From Oikopleura dioica (lineage: Eukaryota > Animalia > Chordata), in the NCBI GenBank assembly GCA_907165135.1, contig OU015567.1, positions 14,756,001 to 14,820,000 of the forward strand: a stretch of DNA of 64,000 bases, read 5' to 3'. This document shows, one piece after another, positions 46,557-57,703 of this stretch (position 1 is the first letter of the stretch; each line of letters opens with the position of its first letter). Both the position numbers and the translations under genes were made by a program. The notes beneath the pieces are model-generated. The model was not told where the DNA came from and made no database searches. It was given only the letters and a program-made list of their open reading frames with translations.

Positions 46557-47653
46557 GAAGTTTCTTCTCCCTCGACCCGAGCAGCTCTGTAAATTCTATC
46601 GGGATTATCGGGGCAAGCTGTTTTCATGTGGCCTTTTTTCTGACAAAAATGACAGGTAATAAAGGGGCAATGCGATCTAAAATGAGTGTCTGTGTTACAA
46701 AATCCACAAAATCGTCGAGGCCTTGGCCGATCCGGGTTTGGCGCGCCCAAATTTCGACTTTGAAAATTCCGTTGCTGGTTATTTTGACGCGTCAAACTCT
46801 GATCGTTGCGGCGATCAACTTCTAATTTTGCAATTGTTGCCGTTAGTTTTTCAATTTGATCATGAAGCGCACTCGCCCGTTTTTCCGCCGCCTCTTCTGA
46901 TTTTTTCTGTTCAATTTTCAATTGAGAAATTTGATCCTCAAAGGACATTGTCGATTTTGAAATTAAGTCGGAAGTCGACTGGAAAAACGAGCCAAGTTTC
47001 GCGTCAATTTCGATTTGGGCAATTTTGGGGATAGTCTCATTTCGTTTTCTTTTGTCAAGAAATTTGGATATTTCCTCGGGTGTTTTTTCAAGCATACACT
47101 GATCGCGAAGAAAATTCTGCAGTTCAGGCGTGAGCGATTTTCTAAATTGCGCGTCGATAATGTATTCTCTCGCGTCCGGTTTCTGCGTAATTTTCTCCGC
47201 GACAGTTTTAACACGTGACAAAAATATCTCGAATTTTTCATTGTTCTCGCTCTTTCGGGTGAGATTTTCCATTTTTTCTTTGTTTCGAAGGATCTTTTCC
47301 TCGGGCGATTCGTCGCCAAAAACAGACGTCAAAAAAGACAATTTTTCCTCAGCTGATTCAAATCCATAAAGATCTTCCCCGTATTCCCTAAGAAATTCCG
47401 GCTCGCATGAATTATAAACAAAAGAGCTTGAAAGGCGCGAAAATTGAGCCTCGAGGTCCTCTTTGTTTTCGGGTTTATTTTCCGCCAGAGATTTTTCAAA
47501 AATCCATTTTGCACGCTGTAATTTGTCTTTAATTGTAGAATTAATCAAATTGAATTCGAAATTTCTCATTCCTAATCTAATCATCTGATTTGGGGAAACC
47601 GAAAAAAGCGCATGACTCTTGTACAGTACCTCTTCAGGAGTTGGGGTCACCAT
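46544..47653 (-). CDS. gag: Gag with two CCHC zinc knuckles
   Basis: CGFCNTDTHFRSHC and CHFCQKKGHMKTAC; first ATG at 47653. Confidence 0.9.
   Translation of the reverse strand: MVTPTPEEVLYKSHALFSVSPNQMIRLGMRNFEFNLINSTIKDKLQRAKWIFEKSLAENKPENKEDLEAQFSRLSSSFVYNSCEPEFLREYGEDLYGFESAEEKLSFLTSVFGDESPEEKILRNKEKMENLTRKSENNEKFEIFLSRVKTVAEKITQKPDAREYIIDAQFRKSLTPELQNFLRDQCMLEKTPEEISKFLDKRKRNETIPKIAQIEIDAKLGSFFQSTSDLISKSTMSFEDQISQLKIEQKKSEEAAEKRASALHDQIEKLTATIAKLEVDRRNDQSLTRQNNQQRNFQSRNLGAPNPDRPRPRRFCGFCNTDTHFRSHCPFITCHFCQKKGHMKTACPDNPDRIYRAARVEGEETSKNE
47643..47652 (-). promoter_or_regulatory. Primer binding site, tRNA-Trp type
   Basis: TGGTGACCCC immediately after the 5' LTR, complementary to the GGGGUCACCA 3' end of eukaryotic tRNA-Trp. 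Confidence 0.75.
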
Positions 47654-48854
47654 GATACGGAAGCGGCTGTCCTGCAAGAATTTTGCTCGATCTCTAACTC
47701 TAGAATGCCAAGCCAAAATAACGAGAATCAAATTTTAAATTTGCGTGGTTTTATTTGTGATTTGAATGACGGAAAAAGGCGCGACGCGGGGTTAAATAGC
47801 AGCGAGATTCGATCAGTGTTTTTGAGCAAGCGGTTGTTTTTGAAAAACAATTTTTCTATCGAAAACAAGGAAGAGAGCCCGCGGCTTCTTTTAGCGGTTT
47901 TTCTTGCGGGAAATCCTTTCGGATCGATTTCTTTTCGGAAGAGGAGCTGGTCGAACTTGCCAAGCAAGTTATTTTCAAAGGTTTCGGGAGCCGGCGCCGC
48001 GCGTGACGAGATAAAACGCAAATTAATTATTATTTTTTTTTTTATAATAAAAGCAGAAAATAATAACAGCCACTTAAACTTCTCACTATGTGACCGTAGA
48101 AGTGACTGTTAATTATGATTGAAATAAATAAAGGATGAGAAAAGTAAAAGAATATATACAAAATTTTAACAAATAAATTGAATAAAATTTGGTCAGGATT
48201 TTATAAAATAAATTTATCAAAATTGAAATCATAGAAGAAGCAAATTCCAAGGAACATACCCGGGGGAAGTTACTGTCGCGGTTCGCACCGTATCTTCTCT
48301 TACGGATGAGCTAGTTTGCGACAAGCGGACGCACTGACAGAGAGTTTGTCCGACCCCACGGCACCGAGATGATACGACGGTTTATCTGCTCGTTGGAGTT
48401 GTTGTTGTTGAAGAAGGTGTTGACGGCTGTTCTGTTGTAGACTTTGAATCGTATGTACTGTCAATAATCGAACTTTAAAATCGCAAAGCAATGATAAGAA
48501 ATATCAATAAATAGATTAAACATGCGGTTTTGCGAATTGCATATTTTTGATGAATTGACGTCAGATCGCATTATGATGAGAGCATATGAGCATTCCAATG
48601 ATAGAACGTATAGATCGTAAGGAGATGACATGATGATAAGACAATTTTGGGTCAATCTGGCTCGTTAAAACTGACCATCTTTTCATTTTAAGTAGAATAT
48701 CGTGAAATGATTTTTGCAAATATGTCTGATCAATTTGGTGATACCAAGCTGACAAGACAAATTTAAACTAGCGTAGAACCGAATTGGCGTAAATATTTGG
48801 CCGTGAAATAAAAATTTTTTATTTGGCTTGAGGCGTTGTTCCCTAAGGATATCA
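47653..48854 (-). repeat. 5' LTR (1202 bp)
   Basis: See 3' LTR; followed on the minus strand by the PBS. Confidence 0.95.
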
Positions 48855-49239
48855 GACTCTTTATTTCTGCGCGATAAAGAGATGCCAAATCTGCTGATTA
48901 ATTACAGACCTTCCTTACCTGCAACTATTCTACCTTTTCCATGTATTCCTGTCTTCAATTCAAATAATACACGTGATTTGTTTCGTATTTCTTTTTTATC
49001 GGTCTTTTTATCAAGTGATTTTCTACGATTATAGATTTATCACGGCAATTGACAACAAGTTTTCCTAAATTATCGATATTTATATTATAGAATCTATAGA
49101 TAAACGCCCTTAAATAATCCCATTTTCATCTTGTCAAAATCTTTTATATTTTACAACACTCTTATTCTATAAAAATTATAGTCTAAGTAAAAGGGTAGGA
49201 TTCTACTTTTTTCTTTTAATAGCGACAATCAATGCTTAT

Positions 49240-49272
49240 CCCTAACCCAACCCTAACCCTGACCCTAACCCT
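49240..49272. repeat. Short interstitial telomere-like (CCCTAA)n tract
   Basis: CCCTAA CCCAA CCCTAA CCCTGA CCCTAA CCCT. Confidence 0.7.
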
Positions 49273-49339
49273 TAAGTATTATCGAGCTCCAAAAGTTCCG
49301 GAAAGAAACATATTTTTGAAACTATAACATTCTCCGTAG

Positions 49340-49792
49340 TTCCGCCGAGCAAACACACTCAGAAGTAGCTTCGACATCTTCAAGCGATGTTATTTCCAGA
49401 CCCTCGCCGAAAGTAAGTTTTGCGCGATGTCTATTTTTAGCGTCTTTAACACTAATTTTCTCTCATTCAATGTCATTTAACTTGCATTCTAGATGGCGAC
49501 ATTGGTAAGCAGTTTTACCACAATTGCACATTTTCAAGTCTAACCAGCACATTTTTGTCTTTTTGGTTTCTATTGAAGACTTGCACTAACGATCTCAGAC
49601 AATTTTAGATAGAATTTGACTGCGCATTTAGTCGCAATAGTTGACATTTTTTACCTAGACCAAGACACGGCCGCCCAACGAATCTTATTCAAAACCCGCC
49701 AGGCATTTGTACCAGACGACTTCGAAATATTTCTAAAAGAAAAACTCGCCAAAAAAGACGCCTCACTCGCGGAAAACCAAAAACAAAATTAA
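49340..49792 (+). CDS. 3' exons of a small unknown protein, including a 12-nt microexon
   Basis: Exons 49340-49412, 49493-49504 and 49659-49792 with GT-AG introns join in phase to FRRANTLRSSFDIFKRCYFQTLAE/NGDI/DQDTAAQRILFKTRQAFVPDDFEIFLKEKL...*; start not found. Confidence 0.5.
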
Positions 49793-50029
49793 AACAATCG
49801 ATGAAATCCTCCCTTTTCTTTCTTCAATTCTCGCAATTTCAACTTCAATTCGCAGCTTCCTCAAGTTCCGAAACCACCATTTTCTTTCTTTTTTTTTTCT
49901 AAGTTCAACTTTCTTTCTTTTTTTTTGAATATTCCTGGCATTTTTTCAGCTCCTAAAGTTCATTTCTTTCTACTTTAGTTCGCAAGTTCACCTGCAAATA
50001 TTAATTCATAGTGTGTTTTCTTCAACAAA

Positions 50030-50581
50030 ATGTCCTCCAACGGGTTTATCCTAGAAGTGCCCCCGTCGCCACCTGAGATTTTTCCAACAAGAGATTATTG
50101 ACGAAAACACGAATAAAATGCAAGCACCGAACCCCAGCGCCGGTCCTTCTGGAGCAAGAGCGAAAGCAATCCCGACTCTCAGAGATTCCGTGGTTGTTTC
50201 TAGCAGTAAGTCCGTTGCGAAATACCTTTCGTAATTCAAGTGCTGTATTACGCCTGGAGGCCTTAATGAAAGAGAACTTGAATTTATAATTAAGGCTCCG
50301 CAGGTCTACGACAACCGCCAAAGCGCAAGATCGAGATCACCAACGACGACCAGTCGCTCTTGAATATCGAATTTGACATTGATTTGGGACTCTTGAAACG
50401 AAACATTCCGCCCCGCGAACTTTTCGAGGAAGATAACGAAGCATGGGACTGGGAGCAAGAATTCTCCAAAATCGCTGCTGAATTTTCCGCGCAGCAGTCT
50501 GCCAGCAGCGCAAAACAGTCAAAGAAAGAGGTTAACAAGCAGGTTTCGTCTGTGCCAGCTTCCGCCCCGATTCGCCTGTAA
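50030..50581 (+). CDS. IFT43: Intraflagellar transport protein 43-like (two exons)
   Basis: DIDLGLLKRNIPPRELFEEDNEAWDWEQEFSKIAAE resembles the IFT43 C-terminus (EIDLKLL...EDDVGWDWDHLFTEVSSE). Confidence 0.65.
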
Positions 50582-50908
50582 ACTTTTACGACATCCGTAC
50601 GACAATCATTATTTTTCTACTTAGCGTCTTCCGCAATCCAAGTACTTTCTTATAATAAACATATTCTATTTTTGAAAATAATTGAGTCAGGCTTATTTTG
50701 AATATTCTCCTTGTTTTGGGAAAATATGTTTAACCCTTGTACAACTCTTGTCCTTTTTGGTTATTTGCCAAAGTGATGACGCAAGCATCTGTTTGAATTG
50801 AAAATAGGCTGAGATAGGTACTTATTCGATATGGGTTGAACCCAGTGCAACTCGGGACGTTTAAGAATGTGGATATGTTTATTTTTCAATAAAAGGAACG
50901 GAAAGCGT

Positions 50909-52049
50909 TTAGAGGAAAGAGTTTCCGGGAAGGGTGGAGGCATCGACAGTAGCAGCAACGACTTCGCTCTCGATTCCACACTCGTTTTGTCCTCGGAGAA
51001 TCTTGAAGAGACCCTTGTCTCCCCAGTCGGAGTTCCACGAGTTCATCACCAGCCTTAATGCAACCATTAGACCTGTCATTTTGGTTTCTTTTCTTACCAG
51101 TAATCGTCTCCACCTTCGGTGCCCCATCCAATTATCTTGATCGCATGGCCGCCAAGCTCACTGCCAGAAGTATGTCGGTAAACACCGGATTTGTACGAGG
51201 GGAAGTCAGAGTAAACTGTAAATGCCGCCTCAACAGGTCCGTAGTGCATAATTTCCTGCTGAATCTTCTCGACATCGTTGGGGACGGAGTAGGCCTTGTG
51301 TCCGTGCACTTTGTCGTCTCTGTACGACTTAGTGGTGTAGTCTGGGATGCACTCGTGAGAGCACTTGGGGGTTCCGCCACCCTCAGTGCATGGAGGTCGA
51401 TCGCCGGGGACGTGGTGCTCACATGCTTCCAAACTTAATAAAAACAATACGGATTTGATTGTTATTGGTCGCAGACTTACGTGTAGGGCTGGCAAGTGTC
51501 TTTGGTTCCGTAGAGACCACCAGTAACCAATCCACGGGTGACGAAATACTCCATAGCCGCAAGCGGATAACCTCCATTGCAGCCGTTTCCGCAGGACAGG
51601 CAACAGCTCAGCACATCCTCAGCAGCGTACATGACATCAGTGGCACCCTAAGAAATTAAAGTTTGAGATCAGAGTGCATATTCTTAAATTTTTACCTTGG
51701 AAGCAATGCAGATTCGATCGGAGATCGCTTCAGCAGCGCCAAAGGCCCAGCATGAGCCACAACCACCCTGGTCTCGGACTTTACCGATGACGGTGCACTT
51801 GTCCCAGTTGGATCGAGAGTCGAAAGTAGCAGGAATGTCTCCGACGAGGTCGTCGTGGGGGTAAACCTGTGGCCAGTCGTAGTCGGCATTGGACCAAGCT
51901 CCGAGCCAAGATCGAACATCCTCGAGAGTGGTCTGCTCGTGGAAGTTCTCACCGGCAGTCCAGCCAGCGTTGGCGGCGTTGACCTCATCGATGATGGGGC
52001 TGAACTCGCTAGCGGCAGCGAGGCCGAGGATAGAACCGAAAAGCTTCAT
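50909..52049 (-). CDS. CTSB: Cathepsin B (papain family C1A), multi-exon
   Basis: Signal peptide, [24 protein letters not shown], occluding loop [31 protein letters not shown]. Confidence 0.95.
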
Positions 52050-52919
52050 AGTTTTTTTTAGAAAGATCAGGTAATTCTGCTTTGTCAAAGCGGACTGATG
52101 AGGAAATATGGAACTCGTCGACTTATAAAGCGGTTAAATTTATTGATTATTAAATATGCACATCTATCGACGAGACTCAAGGCCGGAAGGAAACGCCCCC
52201 TCAGTCGCATGGCATGATAGTAATTTAATAACGAATTTTCTCGTTTTGCTTTGACCGCAAGAATTATTCCGAGTCCTGCTCACCCTGCTTATTACCAGCA
52301 AACAAGTTGGAATTCGACAAAACAATAAAGACATAACAACTGTGGTTTCTATTTCTTAGTTTATTTTCACTATAGAAGTGAGCACGAATTCAATTGTCAA
52401 TTGAACTTTTAGGAAGGTTGCTTTGGTAGATTACACTAGCACTTCTGACTCAGTGCTAGAAAAACCCAAGCACCAAAGCAAACTAGAGTTTGATAATAAA
52501 CAATTCGATAGAACCTAATGCAACTAGTTCTATATCATCACTATTTCGGTAAAGCATGAGCGGAACCTTGTTTTTTGAATGAATACGGTCAAATTGATTG
52601 TCTACTAACCGGAATATTCTCACGGTATTATTTGACGTCTAGGAGTATTGTTTCACTCTTGTTGTTTGTAGGTTTGTATAGAAATTGATTTAAAAAACAA
52701 GTTATCTAATAGAAAGGGTAAGAAATGTTTGAAGCTAACTTTGATTCAAAATCATTGAAGAAATTTACCATTTCTGATAGTTTTTGAACTATGAAGGATT
52801 TTGTCTAGTGAAGTTGCTCAAGATTCACGGCTAACAGAGAGAGGGGGGAATTTTTCAGGAAAAGAGGTGAGCTAGTTTTACAGTTTGTCTTGGATAAATT
52901 TAAATAAATATGCACGGAT

Positions 52920-55900
52920 TTAATGGCTGTAGATTTCAGCAAATAGTGGGCTCATGTTTACCCCTAGCACATTGAAGTCGTTGAGTTGCCTTGGCATCAG
53001 CTGGTCTGAGATATTTCGCAATTGGGTGAGCACGGAAACCGCTACGAAATCACATGAATCCTTCTAGCTTTGATACCGAATACTACCTCTAGCAAAAGAA
53101 ACGGCCCCGGTTGTTTGTTTCAAATGCCATTGAAGCGCCGTTATGATTTCTTGGTGGAGAGCTTCTGTCTTTTCTCGTTCTTCCTTGTTCATTTCCATCT
53201 GTGTCTGGATTTATTCATTTAAAGTTAAAGAAACTACAGGCACGTCTTTGGCCAAGCGAGTATCGAATATCCGGACAAACCATCTTCAAAAATAGACAGC
53301 TTTCGCTTTAGAGAAAAGCCTGGTTTTGAAGAGAGTAATCCCTCTTTGGAGACTAGACAGATTCTTAAAAGCTTATCCGTCAAACAGGCTTTAATTCTCT
53401 GTAAATATTATGACTCGTTTAAAAAACCATAGTTTTAGAAATTTGATGAGGATGATGAATATCAAATGAAAACGTTTGTTGGTTAAAATCCATTCCGAAA
53501 TGAAATGTCGATCGGGCGAGGTTAGGGTCGCGGCCATGAGGAGAGCAACTGTCGTGGAGTCGTTGAATTTTTTATTGTAGCAGTATCGCCAAATACCGAA
53601 GATGGCTGAAAATAAATATAACATTCGATTCGATTTATGGTAATATGAGTCGATGAGGAAGATTTTGATGAGCGCTGTGACAGATTTTTAAGGATGGAAT
53701 CGATAATATTGGCGTAGGTGCACACAAAATCTTTTCACGTCTAAGTAACTATTGGAGACTTCTTGTACGCGTATTGAACTGACTGCTGAGCAGCGACACC
53801 TACCGTCGATCATCTCCGGACTGAAGCCGCACGTGCGAAAAGCATCCTTCGGTCGGACAATTCCATCAATGAACTTTACTTGGTCGCTCTCGCCATCGTA
53901 GTCGGTGGTATTATATAAAACCATTGCCTCCGTCAAACCACCTGAAATTAGACGGCAGTCGTAAAAGATTCTTATAATCCCGTAATGATCATAAAATGCC
54001 AACCCAGGAGAGTCCCTAAACTCACTTTTTATCAGCGTTATTTGACTGAGCTCGGGCATCTCCTTCCACATCGGAATATGCTTGCAGAAGTAGATGATCT
54101 TTTTCACTGAAGAAGATAAATTAAGTTGCTTTGTGTTATCAACGTCATCTGCTACCTTTGACCGCGGCCATCTGCGACATGAAGTTAAATGATTCAATGC
54201 GATCTTGGGGCAGTTTCACAAAACGAAATCCTAAGTAATTAACACTGGAGTCGCCTGGGTTTAAAAAATACGCTGATCTGTCCACGAGTAACGGAGCTGA
54301 CCCCATTTAGCTTTTGTAAGGTTCAAGCTCTTAGGGGCCTGATTATTTTGAATATTTTATGAGCTAGTCCATAAATTATGGAACATAATTGAAGATCTAC
54401 GTAAATTTGTGAATCCACTCCTGTATTGCTGTTAATTTCTAACGACGTGACATCGTCCATAATTTGTGCCATTCCGTCCCAGCCTTCACGTAAACCTTGT
54501 TCTGAGTCATTACAACCATGTTACGGGTCTTTTAAAGATAGGGCTTGTCTGATGAAAAAATGAGATGAGAAACATTAGTCTCAGAGTTTCGGGTTTTTAT
54601 TGACGACTTTACGAATTTAGCTTGACATTTTCTTGACTTAGGTAAGCAACGAACAAAGCTAACGACCTTTTTTACACTCCCATAAAAACAAAACTGAAGA
54701 TTTTCAAGACTCTTGCCTTCGATGATCACGCGGTATTTCTGAGGCATTGGTTCTGGAGGCTTTGGGATCTTTTAAAGACTCGGAAAATTGGAACGTCTGC
54801 TAGCCAAGATATATCTACGACATATTTAGGAGAAAATCAAAAACGTGAGGAAGAAGAATTTTTACGATTGAATTAATTTTGCGTTTCCGGATCCGTTCCT
54901 GTTTTGCATTTTTTCGCTGTCGATTGATTCTGTTGATGTATTCGTCTTTCATTCCCATGTTGCGGCACTTTTGCATTCTGCAAAATTGGCATCTTGGGCG
55001 ATGTCCAGCGAGGACGGAGCAACTTCCTGCGCCGATTTTGCATCTGTACTTGAGTTTATGGACCACTGCACGGCGGAAAAAATTCTAAGGATCAATTTGA
55101 CACAGATAGTTCATGAACGAGAGGATTTATAAAACAGCCCCCGAGTAATTATATCAAAACATTCACTGACTAGTCCCATGATGTCTACGGAGTTGTCTAT
55201 CAATCTGAACGATTGAAGACTTTCTTACCTTGCATGCTTCGCAACTGAGTACATTGTAGTGAAATCCAGTAGCTTTAGCGTCGCAGATTTTGCACGTTTC
55301 GTTTCCAAAAAGTTTCGGTGCCTGAAATAAATTTTATTTCCGCTTAATCAAATATTACAAAAACTAAAAACTAAAAAAATTACTGTTTTGTTTAGACCGG
55401 AAAAGCTTAAAAAAGCTTTATAATTCTACTATTTTTTTTGAATAATTGATCATGTCACATCGTTCCGATCTGATCCTTTTTCTTACCGGACCCTTTTTGT
55501 TCTTTTTTCTTGGAAGAAGGCCTGGCTCAACTTTCGGCGAAACGGGGAGGGAATTCGACCTCTGTTGCTTAGGCTTCTGGAAGTGGAATACTGGTTGGGA
55601 TGCTGGCTGCGGGGACAGGAAACTTGTCGGACTGATAACTTCGCGTTTCGGGATGATCTGAGGCTGAGGTTTGTCGCAGGAGAGAATGGGCGAGTTCGGA
55701 AGTGGACTTGATTGAGTTGTAATTGGAGCACATGTACTGATTGCTGGCGGTAAGCTAGCAGCACTACTGCAAGGGGAGTTTTTTGATATCTCGTTGATTG
55801 TCGGAGAAACTGGAAGAGATTGAGGGAGCTGTTGTATGAGAGTTTGAGGCTGGAGTTGAGGTTGTACTTCGTGGGCAACAGGAGACGGTTGAAGGGGATG

Positions 55901-56030
55901 AGGAGGGAAGAAGGAAAGCTTCGGTTCTGAGGTCAAAAAGTTCGGGCTTGCTGTTTGCCCTGGGAGGCAGCCGAAGACGCCAGAATCGTCGGAGGATAAA
56001 CTATCTAAGATCAAGGCGATCTCGTCTTAG
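52920..56030 (-). CDS. Nuclear receptor, NR1H/NR1I-like; 5' exon(s) unresolved
   Basis: DBD CKICDAKATGFHYNVLSCEACK/NFFRRAV...CQFCRMQKCRNMGM; LBD signature IIYFCKHIPMWKEMPELSQITLIK; AF-2-like MSPLFAEIYSH*; Pro/Ser/Gln-rich N-terminus. Confidence 0.85.
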
Positions 56031-57242
56031 CCGCGGTCAATTCGCATTTTTGCATTTTCATTTTAACGACCAGACGAAAGAGTCTTCTACCAATAAAATG
56101 GAATTGATGAAGATGAATAAAGAAAGATTTACAAGTAATTGATTTACTATTTGTTGTTGAAAATCGACTTCGAGGTGTGACTATAATTCAAGTTCAAGTG
56201 GCGAGTGGAGAAAATCTCATGATTTCCAAGAAATTTATACGTGATTATATAGCATGTATTCTTTGCTTGAAAGTAATATCATTGTTGACTTAAAATAGGA
56301 AATAAGCAGGGAATTAAAATCGAGTTGGTTTGGTTCCACGAATAAAAGGCGCTTTATAATTACGAGTTATTAACAATGGTCTATTGGAAATTAAGTTTAA
56401 GTCGAACAAAAAATTATTGAAAATGAATTGACCCTCCCTTCATTCATGTTTGGCAAACACTGCCTTCCATAAGCAGTCGCGCTCGCTGGCATGATATTGT
56501 TTTCTTTCTTGTGAACTCTGTGTTACCCTGGTTTCATTAATTGTTTGAGCACGGCGTATTCAAGCGTTTTTTATCTGCGAAAATCTCTTTGATTTCAGGT
56601 CTTTTAGGTAGTTTTTTGGGTGTTTTCGGGGAATCGGTTTTGAGGAGGAGTGTTTAAAATTATTTTCAAGAGTTGTAAATCTTGATCAGTAGATTCTTCT
56701 GAGACTGGACCTCTTGATTTGAAGCCAGCCGTGAGAAGGGTTAGCCGTAAGCGTTTGGCCTCCGCCCACGAGCTAAGAGAAAGCGACTTGTGCAGAGTAG
56801 CGCCCCGGTCTAAGGCTCAGTGAGGGCACTATACGGCGCCCTGGTCACGCGTCTTCTGCTCAAAAGAAGGCTGATAATGTTACATGAGCTTGGTCGGGGC
56901 TTAAAATGGGGGATCTTCTGCTCGAGAGTTGCGGCTCAATTATTATTTGGTTAAATGCATCAGAGGCGGGGCACTGGCTCATCTCAAATGCAGTTTGTTT
57001 AACCCTCTGCTTGCTTCGCATCGATTGAGATAGCCCCTTAATTGTTTGACGAATGATACCCTAATGAAGGGACGTGGTCAAGTTCGAGCATATTTAACTG
57101 AAACCATGGCGATAATTATCTCATTATCTGTTAGCGACTTTAAATAGAAAAAAACTTGTTAAATCTTTGGTTAGAGAGAGTTTCGCATTATTAATCGACG
57201 AAAGTCTTTCATTGAAATTCAAGCTAAAACGTGGCTTTCGGC

Positions 57243-57703
57243 CAGGGTGGCTATTTTGGACAAAATTTTGGGGTCTGGCCATCCAATTTCCATCCAATAA
57301 ATTTTGAATCGGAACTATCCATCCAAAATCCAACCCAACCCAATTATTACCCAATTCCCCAAAAATCCCCAATTCCAATTAGATCCAATTGGATTTCCAA
57401 TTTTTCCAAGGCTTTTAGCTCTTTGAAAAGAAGGGAAACAGTAAGTTTTTATCCAAAAGGAGGCTCAACATAGCCAAAACAATGATTTTTTATCCAAAAT
57501 TTCTCATTTTCATTATGAAAATGACCCTTCTTTGCATAGTTTAGCGATATATTTTTTATTGGATCCAATTCCCCAATTTCCCCCAATTGCCCAATTTTCC
57601 CCAACAAAATCCGGTACCCTGGCCATCCAAATTCCATCCAAACCTTATTGGATTGGATCCAATCCAATTCCAACTAACCCCCAAATCCAAAATAGCCACC
57701 CTG
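57243..57703. mobile_element. 461-bp hAT-type MITE
   Basis: 18-bp TIR CAGGGTGGCTATTTTGGA; perfect 8-bp TSD CTTTCGGC (57235-57242, 57704-57711); interior rich in (A/T)CCAA repeats. Confidence 0.92.

Larger units (their letters stand above)
40838..48854 (-). mobile_element. Full-length Ty3/gypsy LTR retrotransposon (Tor-like), 8017 bp, no env
   Basis: Two TG...CA LTRs, 5-bp TSD GACTC (40833-40837, 48855-48859), gag, and pol with PR-RT-RH-IN order. Confidence 0.97.

Noticed and set aside
41484-48755. Short ORFs inside the LTRs, or an env gene
   Set aside because: The same small ORFs occur in both LTRs, lack TM or glycoprotein features, and there is no space for env between pol and the 3' LTR.
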